Assembly (NCBI GenBank): GCA_030641665.1
Contig: DAOWHA010000002.1
Span: forward strand, 1 to 43,594
Source of the DNA: a bacterium
GTDB taxonomy: Bacteria > Patescibacteriota > Patescibacteriia > JAACEG01
Direction: 5' to 3'
DNA: 43,594 bases
The notes beneath the pieces are model-generated. The model saw only the letters and a list, made by a program, of their open reading frames with translations, ran no database searches and was not told where the DNA came from. Positions 18,064 through 25,201 of the stretch are shown here, in pieces. The stretch's first letter is position 1, and every line of letters begins with the position of its first letter. Made by a program: the position numbers and the translations under genes.

Positions 18064-18120
18064 AGTGTTACACAAAGACATTTCTTGATTTAATAAAATT
18101 TCTTAATATCTTTTATTTTA

Positions 18121-18149
18121 ACTTTACTAAAATTACATTGAATTGTCAA
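18121..18149 (-). promoter_or_regulatory. Candidate promoter of ilvE-ilvD-iscS
   Basis: TTGACA-17 nt-TAAAGT directly after a GCAGAACACCTGC+U-run terminator. Confidence 0.55.
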
Positions 18150-18266
18150 TTTTAAAAAATAAAAAAAGCAGGTGTTCTGCTTCTTATTTTTCTTTAAAAA
18201 ATGGTTTGAGGAAAGATTGGACTTGACTTGTGGCCAATCTTTCCTCGTTTTCCTATTTAGCGGGAT

Positions 18267-18446
18267 CTATCCGCTAAAAACAGGAATCATGCTCCGAGGT
18301 TCGTCTTTATCGCGAACTTCGGTGCAAATTATCTTAGATTCGTCTGAAATGGCTGGGTCATCTGAATCATCGGTAATGGCTGGGTCATCAGATAGTGGAA
18401 ATTCAACTGCGTACTTTGTCTCAATGGGATGTGGATTTTTCGGCAT
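18267..18446 (-). CDS. Small acidic hypothetical protein (59 aa, below the ORF-track cutoff)
   Basis: AGGAG six nt before ATG; MPKNPHPIETKYAVEFPLSDDPAITDDSDDPAISDES... Confidence 0.45.
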   Translation of the reverse strand: MPKNPHPIETKYAVEFPLSDDPAITDDSDDPAISDESKIICTEVRDKDEPRSMIPVFSG

Positions 18447-18617
18447 TTTTTTCTCCTTTTCTTTTTTTTGCTCCGCAAATCATTTTGCGGAACATTAATT
18501 ATTGATTAAATCGTTCGCGATTCAAATAATTAAATTGCCAGCGATTTAACCAATAAAAAAAGTTGTGGAAGGAAAAACGCTGGTTAGCGCTTTTCCTTCC
18601 AAAAAGCGGGATCTCCG

Positions 18618-18806
18618 CTATTTAGGCGAAAATTTCATTTCTGAATCTTCCGGAATAAATTCCCGCAAAATTCCTACAGCTGTCGGATGTCCGCCAGACT
18701 GGCGGCACTTTTTGTTAAAATTTTCTTCGCCCTCTTTATTGATGAGGGCTAAAATAACCACATGGTATTGCCTGATTTTTTCAATTTCCATTTCATCGAA
18801 TTTCAT
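18618..18806 (-). CDS. Small hypothetical protein (62 aa)
   Basis: AGGAG just upstream of ATG; followed by the same TAGCGG..TCCCGCT motif as the 59-aa ORF. Confidence 0.45.
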   Translation of the reverse strand: MKFDEMEIEKIRQYHVVILALINKEGEENFNKKCRQSGGHPTAVGILREFIPEDSEMKFSPK

Positions 18807-18892
18807 CTTTTCTCCTTTTTTTGAAAATTAATATTTTCTACCCGCTGCTGACGGCTTTTATACTTTCTCTGTGGACAAAATTTTCCCTTATT

Positions 18893-19065
18893 GTCTTTGC
18901 GAAGAGGCGATAGCCGACGCGGCAATCCGATTACTGAGCGGACAAATCTTTAATCATAACTTCATTTACTTGGTAATGGGATTGTCGCCCTATCGGGTAA
19001 CCCACCCGTTAGGTGTGGCTTCGTCGCACCTCACTCGCTACGCTCGTTCAGCTCCTCGCAAAGAC
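18893..19065. repeat. Palindromic REP/RPE-like element, copy D (nested insert, opposite orientation to A)
   Basis: GTCTTTGCGA...CTCCTCGCAAAGAC with internal CGCCCTATCGGGTAACCCACCCGTTAGGTGTG. Confidence 0.85.
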
Positions 19066-19131
19066 AGTTGGTTAAACCATTAATAGCGGATAGAAAATTA
19101 TATTGTAAAGAGCGCGCTCCCCCTTTTCCCT

Positions 19132-19156
19132 AAAAAACCGCCCTTTCAGGCGGCTT
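19132..19156 (-). terminator. Intrinsic terminator
   Basis: GCCGCCT-GAAA-GGGCGGT followed by U6 on the minus strand. Confidence 0.7.
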
Positions 19157-19425
19157 ATTTTTTTATTTTATTATTTTTAAAGCCGCCTAAAATTTATCGC
19201 AAAATAAAAACCCCGCAATATAAATTGCTTTGACTTTTAAAATTAAATTTTGGCTTGCTTTATTCATAATGAATTTAGTATAACAGACAATAAACCGTTG
19301 TCAAGAAAAAATCATAAAAAACGAGTGTACCAGACAGACCTCGCCACGGCATCCGTCGTGGCACCATGTCGGATGACAGGGCGAACCCGCCTCCGATGTG
19401 TCTACGGAGCCACTATATTTATTTG

Positions 19426-19498
19426 TGGACCAGACAGGACTCGAACCCGCCACCTCCTCGGTGCAAGCGAGGCGCTCTACCAGATGAGCTACTGGCCC
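19426..19498 (-). tRNA. tRNA-Ala(TGC)
   Basis: Cloverleaf GGGCCAG...TAGCTCATCTGGTAGAGC, anticodon loop CT-TGC-AC, GGTTCGAGTCC T-arm. Confidence 0.95.
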
Positions 19499-19518
19499 AT
19501 ATCACAATACAATTAATG

Positions 19519-19590
19519 AGCGGGCGAGCGGAATCGAACCGCCATTTCTACCTTGGCAAGGTAATATAATAACCATTATACGACGCCCGC
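19519..19590 (-). tRNA. tRNA-Gly(GCC)
   Basis: GCGGGCG/CGCCCGC acceptor stem, TT-GCC-AA anticodon loop, GGTTCGATTCC. Confidence 0.95.
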
Positions 19591-19670
19591 TGAAAAAAAT
19601 ACAAGGACACAAGATACAATAACCAAACAAATCCCAAGATACAAATTCGAAATTCCAAACTAATTGCAAA

Positions 19671-21056
19671 TTATTTTTTCTTGTTGTCTTTCTTCTTGCT
19701 TTCTTTTTTCTTTGCTTTCTTCTCGGTCTTCTCTTTTTTCTTTTCGCTTTTTTCTTTCTTGTCTTCTTTCTTTTTGCCGATCAACTCTTTCTTTTCGCTT
19801 TTTTTGTCTTTTTTGTCCTCGCCTTTTTTCGCGCTGTCTTTTTTGTCTTCTTTTTTTACTTTGCCCTTTTTATCTTTTTTATCTTTTTTATCTTTTTTTT
19901 CGCTCTTTTTTTCCGATTTTTTCTCTTTCTCTTCTTTCTTGTCTTTCTCGCCCTTTTTCGCTTTTCCTTCTTTTGCCGCTTTAGCTGACAATCCAAGCCT
20001 ATGCTCGTCAGGTTCAATAGATAAAATTTTGAATTTCATCTTATCGCCTATTTTAATTCTGTCTTTTAGTTCATTAATGCTGCCGTCTGTCACTTCTGAA
20101 ATATGAGCCAAGCCGTGTATATATTTATCAAGTTCCACAAATAGCCCAAAAGGATTGATTTTCAAAATCTTGCAATCCACTATGTCTCCGACTTTATATT
20201 TATCTCCGACATTCTTCCATGGATCCTTAAGCAGCCTTTTAATGGATAAAAATATTTTAGTTCCGTCCATTTCTATAATCTGCGCCTTAACCTTGTCGCC
20301 AGTTTTGATTAAATCTTCAGGCTTGTCAATTCTCTGCCAGGCAATTTCTGAAATATGGATAAGCCCTTCTGAATTGTCAAACTTTATAAAAGCGCCAAAA
20401 TTAGTAGTTGAAGAAATCACGCCGTTTATATTATCTCCGATCTTATATTTAGAAAGCTCTTCTTTCTGTGATTCCTGAAATATGCGCTTTTCAGAAACAA
20501 TCAATCTGTTTTCGCTTTCATCTAAATCAATAATCTCCACAGTCAAATCCAATCCTATGAATGATTTTAGTTTTTCTAAAATTTTATGCTTGTCTCCGCC
20601 TGAAACGCGCGGATAATGCTCTGGCGCTAATTGTGAAACAGGGAGAAAACCTTTTGTCCGACCGACCAATACAAGCAATCCGCCTTTATTCGCTTCAATA
20701 ACTTTAACTTCTATTTTTTCACTTTTCTCGCAAAGTTCGGCAAGCCGCTTCCACGCTTTTTGATGCCCGGCTTTTCTTAATGAAAGTTCCATTTCGCCTT
20801 TTTCATTTTCCAATTCTAAAACAGTGGCGCTCACGACATCTCCGACTTTTACTTTGGAATATTCGCCAGACTCGTCAATAAGCTCCCAGCCCCTCACCAT
20901 CCCTGTCGTAACGCCTTCAATGTCTATGTGCATCTCTTTCTTGCTAACGCTCACAACTTCGCCTTTTATAATATCGCCGACATTCGGCAATTGAATTAAA
21001 TTGTCTTCCAATATTTTTTTAAAACTTGAACCGTTTTTTGCAGTATCGCTAACCAT
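19671..21056 (-). CDS. rpsA: S1 RNA-binding domain protein (ribosomal protein S1) with a K/D/E-rich tail
   Basis: Four S1 repeats (ANKGGLLV..GFLP.SQL, FGAFI..EGLIHISEI, FGLFVEL..GLAHISE). Confidence 0.9.
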   Translation of the reverse strand: MVSDTAKNGSSFKKILEDNLIQLPNVGDIIKGEVVSVSKKEMHIDIEGVTTGMVRGWELIDESGEYSKVKVGDVVSATVLELENEKGEMELSLRKAGHQKAWKRLAELCEKSEKIEVKVIEANKGGLLVLVGRTKGFLPVSQLAPEHYPRVSGGDKHKILEKLKSFIGLDLTVEIIDLDESENRLIVSEKRIFQESQKEELSKYKIGDNINGVISSTTNFGAFIKFDNSEGLIHISEIAWQRIDKPEDLIKTGDKVKAQIIEMDGTKIFLSIKRLLKDPWKNVGDKYKVGDIVDCKILKINPFGLFVELDKYIHGLAHISEVTDGSINELKDRIKIGDKMKFKILSIEPDEHRLGLSAKAAKEGKAKKGEKDKKEEKEKKSEKKSEKKDKKDKKDKKGKVKKEDKKDSAKKGEDKKDKKSEKKELIGKKKEDKKEKSEKKKEKTEKKAKKKESKKKDNKKK

Positions 21057-21197
21057 AAATTAAAAAAACTTAAAATAATAATTTTAAGCGTTAAGTTAAA
21101 TAAATAAAACTATTAAATGATAAATCTATTTGTAAATATAATAAAAATCTATTTTTTTGTCAATCATCGCTACTTTTTGTTAAAATTATTTTCTTGC

Positions 21198-21992
21198 TCA
21201 TTTCAAATTTTTTAAACTTTTTAAAAACTTTTCCGCTTCTTTAAACTCTTGTCCGCGCTTAGCGGAATTATAAGCATTTAAAACCGCGCTTCCTATAACG
21301 GCGATTTCAGCGTCTCCTTTTAATGTTTGAATATGCTTCTTTTCTGAAATGCCAAAACCGATCGCGATCGGAATCTTAAAATATTTTCTTATTTTTTTCA
21401 AATTCGCGCTTAAATTTTTATCCAATGAATTTTTTTGCCCTGTTATCCCTTTTCTTCCGACAAAATAAAGAAATCCTTCAGCGATTTTCGCGTTTTTTTT
21501 CATCCTCTCGGTTGTGCTTGCTGGAGATAAAACTCTGATTAAAATCAGATCATTCTCTTTAGCATATTTTATAAAATACTCGCTGTTCTCTTCTTCTAAT
21601 GGAATATCTGGAAATATCAAGCCGCTGCATCCCGCTTTTCGCGCGTCTTTGCAAAACTTTTCAACGCCATAATTAAAAACAGTATTAAAATAGCCCATAA
21701 AAATCAACGGGATATCAACTTTTTCTGACATCTTTTTCATTAAACCAAAACAGTCTTTTACTCTGATTCCATTATCTAACGCTGTCTGGTTCGCTTGCAT
21801 AATAGTCGGTCCGTCTGCAACAGGATCAGAAAATGGAATTTGCAACTCAATAAAATCAACGCCGCAATCAGCCATTGTCTGAATAAATTTTTCACTTTCG
21901 CTCAAATTCGGATACCCGCAAACAATATGCGCCATAATCCCGACGCGATTTTCTCGCCTAATTTTTTCTAATTGTAAATTTATCTTATTCAT
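21198..21992 (-). CDS. trpA: Tryptophan synthase alpha chain
   Basis: IELQIPFSDPVADGPTI, LIFPDIP, GITG, IGFGIS. Confidence 0.95.
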   Translation of the reverse strand: MNKINLQLEKIRRENRVGIMAHIVCGYPNLSESEKFIQTMADCGVDFIELQIPFSDPVADGPTIMQANQTALDNGIRVKDCFGLMKKMSEKVDIPLIFMGYFNTVFNYGVEKFCKDARKAGCSGLIFPDIPLEEENSEYFIKYAKENDLILIRVLSPASTTERMKKNAKIAEGFLYFVGRKGITGQKNSLDKNLSANLKKIRKYFKIPIAIGFGISEKKHIQTLKGDAEIAVIGSAVLNAYNSAKRGQEFKEAEKFLKSLKNLK

Positions 21993-22626
21993 TATTTTTT
22001 AATAATTTTCTAAATTTTTCAGCTTTTTTAAATACTAACGGCAATGGCGCGCAATAATTGTCGTTTTCTTTTAAATATAATTTTAATTCATCGGGAGAAA
22101 GCCATTTAAAATCAATTACTTCTTTGTCTTTAAAATTTATTTTTATTGTTGGAGTGATAATAAATCCTAATCCTACCCATTCATTGTTTGTAGATGTTTT
22201 ATAATGAAATTTATCAAATATAAAACCTATTGGCTTAATTAATTTATTTTTTAATTTTATAAATTCTTTTTTTGATTTGCACATTTTAATTTTTATTCCG
22301 ATTTCTTCTTCGGTTTCTTTGGCTAAATTTTCATTAAAATCAAGCGGTCGAAAAAATCCATTTTCTTTAATATAACAATTATGACCAGCCGCACCCATAT
22401 CCCATTTTCCAGCGCTATATTTATCATGCTTTTTTGGATTTTTTAATTGAATCCCATATTTATTAGAAAAAGGATAAAAAATCATTGACCAAGTGCTATA
22501 ATGCGTTAACACCGCTCTTGCTCCTTCTGTATGAGCGTGTTTTTTTGAAATTGGTCCGATAATATTACCTTTTGAATCACAATGAATAATATATTCGATG
22601 TCATTCCTTAAAATATTTTTAATCAT
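21985..22626 (-). CDS. Nudix hydrolase (IDI-like) between trpB and trpA
   Basis: WDMGAAGH, NLAKETEEEIGI Nudix box, EVIDFKW; 8-nt overlap with trpA. Confidence 0.7.
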   Translation of the reverse strand: MIKNILRNDIEYIIHCDSKGNIIGPISKKHAHTEGARAVLTHYSTWSMIFYPFSNKYGIQLKNPKKHDKYSAGKWDMGAAGHNCYIKENGFFRPLDFNENLAKETEEEIGIKIKMCKSKKEFIKLKNKLIKPIGFIFDKFHYKTSTNNEWVGLGFIITPTIKINFKDKEVIDFKWLSPDELKLYLKENDNYCAPLPLVFKKAEKFRKLLKNNE

Positions 22627-22642
22627 AAAAATTTTTTAAAAA

Positions 22643-23905
22643 TTAAATCTTGCTCTTTAAAAACTCTTTCCATTTTTTGTCACCGAGCGCTTCCGCTAAA
22701 ATAAAAATATCTTTGTCTCCTCGTCCGGATAAATTCACGACTACTGTTTTGTTTTTGCTTAATTTCGGCGCTGTTTTTATAACTTCAGCGATTGCGTGCG
22801 CAGATTCCAGCGCTGGAATAATCCCTTCTGTTTTTGCCAGCAATTTAAAAGCAGTTAAAACCTCTTTATCAGTCGCGTATTTATACTCCACCCTTCCTTT
22901 TTTAAAAAGCAGTCCGTGTTCAGGTCCAATACCAGCGTAATCCAGCCCCGCTGAAATACTGTGCGTTTTTTCCACCTGCCCGTCGCTGTCTTGCAAAAAG
23001 TAAGATTTGTATCCTTCAACCACGCCTTTTTTGATATTTTTCTGCAGCCTTGCCGCGTGTTCGCCTATTTTCGCTATGCCCTTGCCTCCCGCTTCTACGC
23101 CGATCAACTTCACGCTTTTGTCTTTTAAATACGGGTTAAAAATCCCGATGGCGTTGCTTCCGCCGCCGACACAGGCGATAATATAATCCGGCTTTTTAAT
23201 GTTATAAATATTTTTCAGTTGCTCCTTGACTTCCAATCCTACAATCGTCTGAAAATCCCTAACCATTGAAGGATACGGATGCGGACCAAGCGCGGAACCG
23301 AGCAGATAATAGGTGTCATCAACATTTGTGATCCAATCCTGCATGGTCGCCGTGACTGCGTCCTTTAATCTTTGCGTTCCATGAAACACTTGGATAACTT
23401 CCGCGCCCAGCTGTTCCATCCAAAAAACATTAGGCCTATGACGATCGTAGTCCACTTTGCCCATAAAAACAGAGCATTTAAATCCGAATTTCGCCGCCAC
23501 GGTCGCGGTTGCTAATCCGTGCTGTCCCGCGCCAGTCTCCGCGATAATCCTTTTCTTGCCCATTCTTTTCGCTAACAGCGCCTGCCCTAAAGAGTGGTTT
23601 ATCTTGTGCGCGCCAGTATGGTTTAAGCCCTCGTTTTTAATAAAAATTTTCGCTCCGCGCAAATGCTCGGTTAAATTTTTGGCAAAATAGAGCGGTGTTG
23701 GGCGGCCATCGTAATTCTGATACAGATCCATTAAATCTTTTTGAAACCGCTTGTCTTTTTTCGCTTTACTGTAAGCTGCTTCTAATTCTTCCAGCGCAGG
23801 AATCAGCATCTCTGGCGCGTACCTGCCGCCAAAATCGTTAAAATGCCCGTTTATGTCAGCATCATATTCGGTTTTGATAAAAATATTAGTAGAATCTCTT
23901 GACAT
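22643..23905 (-). CDS. trpB: Tryptophan synthase beta chain
   Basis: HTGAHKINH, ETGAGQHG, CVGGGSNAIG, SAGLDYAG, NLSGRGDKD. Confidence 0.97.
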   Translation of the reverse strand: MSRDSTNIFIKTEYDADINGHFNDFGGRYAPEMLIPALEELEAAYSKAKKDKRFQKDLMDLYQNYDGRPTPLYFAKNLTEHLRGAKIFIKNEGLNHTGAHKINHSLGQALLAKRMGKKRIIAETGAGQHGLATATVAAKFGFKCSVFMGKVDYDRHRPNVFWMEQLGAEVIQVFHGTQRLKDAVTATMQDWITNVDDTYYLLGSALGPHPYPSMVRDFQTIVGLEVKEQLKNIYNIKKPDYIIACVGGGSNAIGIFNPYLKDKSVKLIGVEAGGKGIAKIGEHAARLQKNIKKGVVEGYKSYFLQDSDGQVEKTHSISAGLDYAGIGPEHGLLFKKGRVEYKYATDKEVLTAFKLLAKTEGIIPALESAHAIAEVIKTAPKLSKNKTVVVNLSGRGDKDIFILAEALGDKKWKEFLKSKI

Positions 23906-24075
23906 ATTTTTTATTTATGATAATATATTTTGTAATGATACGAGGGTGGATGTTTATTAACAATCAAAAAACTGATCTGTTTGTATTCACCCCATCCTCG
24001 TATCTTTATTTGCTCTTTCGGGAAATCGTTCTAAACGGTTTCCCTTATTTTTTTGCTTTAAAATATGTCAAAAAT
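23899..24075 (+). ncRNA. Putative small-RNA unit 1 (promoter, stem-loop, terminator)
   Basis: TTGACA-16-TAATAT at 23899-23926; 9-bp stem 23937-45/23996-24004; terminator 24020-44 plus U-run. Confidence 0.45.
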
Positions 24076-24085
24076 CGAATTTTGC

Positions 24086-24260
24086 TTGACATATTTTTTA
24101 TTTATGATAATATTTAAGTATTCATTTCTTCTTCCTTTTTGTTAAGAAGGGGTAAATTTAAAAAGATAAAATCTTTTTACACTTTCTATTGCTCTTTATG
24201 CTAATGGAGATAGGCATCAGTTCTATCTCCTTTTCTTTTTGCCTAAAAATATGTCAAAAT
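24086..24260 (+). ncRNA. Putative small-RNA unit 2
   Basis: Identical promoter at 24086-24113; CTTCTT/AAGAAG hairpin; terminator GGAGATAG/CTATCTCC 24206-30 plus U-run. Confidence 0.45.
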
Positions 24261-24269
24261 AAATCTTGC

Positions 24270-24425
24270 TTGACATATTTTTTATTTGTATTAGTGTATT
24301 AATCATAAAGGGAGGGGTCAGAAAAATCAAAAAAATAGCTTTTTTTTAAAAATGGATTTTTACGCCCTCCCTAAAAAAACAAGTTACGAGAAGACAAAAG
24401 TCTTCTCTTTTTTTTGATTATAAAA
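24270..24425 (+). ncRNA. Putative small-RNA unit 3
   Basis: TTGACA-16-TAGTGT at 24270-97; AGGGAGGG/CCCTCCCT stem 24309-16/24365-72; terminator GAGAAGAC/GTCTTCTC 24388-24407 plus U-run. Confidence 0.45.
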
Positions 24426-24430
24426 TAGTT

Positions 24431-24565
24431 GTCTTTGCGAGGAGGCGAGCGAATGAAATGAGCGAGATGCGACGAAGCAATCTCATTAATTAAGCACGGT
24501 ACCTGAACAACGAGATTGCTTCGTCGCACTTCTCTCGCTACGCTCGTTCGCCTCCTCGCAAAGAC
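24431..24565. repeat. Palindromic REP/RPE-like element, copy E (overlaps the trpF 3' end)
   Basis: Same termini; supplies the last codons (SLRGGERA) and stop of trpF. Confidence 0.9.
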
Positions 24566-25200
24566 AGAATAAACTTTTTCATTTTTGCTTTACTTTTTTT
24601 ACCCGGATATTTTTCAATTCCGCTTGCGGCATCTATTATAGCAGGATTTAATTTTTTAACATACTCTTGAACATTTTCAGGATTTAATCCGCCAGCTAAA
24701 ATCAGCTGGTATTTTTTTTTCTGTAAAATTTTAAACAGTTCAAAATCCTGAAAATTATACTGTTTGCGTTTTGCGCTAATTTTATCCTCAGCGCTGGATG
24801 CGTCTATTAAAAATTTATCAATCTTGCCTCTGAATTTTTCAATTTCACTTAATGATTTTTTTAAATCGCCTGTTAGCTTAAACGCTTTCCAAACTTCAAT
24901 CTGTTTTTTATATTTATCGCAAAATTCAGGTGTTTCATCTCCGTGAAACTGTAAAATGCCGACTAATCCGCTTGTTAATAGCATATCTATTTTTTTCTCT
25001 GGCATATTCACGACAACTGCAACTATTTTAAAACGCTTTTTTTCTTCTTTAATATTCTGAACTATATTTATAAATTTTTCAATAGAAACGCTTCGCGGGC
25101 TTTTTGGAAAATCGACCACAAAACCGAGATAATCAATGTTTAAACTAATGGCATCTCGCGCGTCTTCTAAATTTGTTATTCCGCAAAATTTAATTTTCAT
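24538..25200 (-). CDS. trpF: Phosphoribosylanthranilate isomerase
   Basis: KIKFCGIT, SPRSV, LQFHGDETP, ILAGGLNPENV, DAASGIE. Confidence 0.92.
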   Translation of the reverse strand: MKIKFCGITNLEDARDAISLNIDYLGFVVDFPKSPRSVSIEKFINIVQNIKEEKKRFKIVAVVVNMPEKKIDMLLTSGLVGILQFHGDETPEFCDKYKKQIEVWKAFKLTGDLKKSLSEIEKFRGKIDKFLIDASSAEDKISAKRKQYNFQDFELFKILQKKKYQLILAGGLNPENVQEYVKKLNPAIIDAASGIEKYPGKKSKAKMKKFILSLRGGERA

Positions 25201-25201
25201 A

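Noticed and set aside
18172-18498. 108-aa + strand ORF
   Set aside because: GTG start inside a terminator; the opposite strand has an SD-led ORF
18871-19083. 70-aa ORF (also 27623..27817 and 27724..28005)
   Set aside because: Translations of the palindromic repeat or antisense to rmuC
19322-19414. SRP RNA or extra tRNA
   Set aside because: No CAGG-GNRA-AGCA domain IV motif and no valid cloverleaf or anticodon arm
19664-20106. Two Phe/Leu/Ser-rich + strand ORFs
   Set aside because: Antisense shadows of the Lys-rich rpsA tail
23899-24117. 72-aa ORF
   Set aside because: Starts inside the -35 box and runs through a terminator and the next promoter
23899-24425. CRISPR array or trp attenuator
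   Set aside because: Period ~185 bp is too long for CRISPR; no Trp-codon leader peptide; terminator U-runs face the + strand
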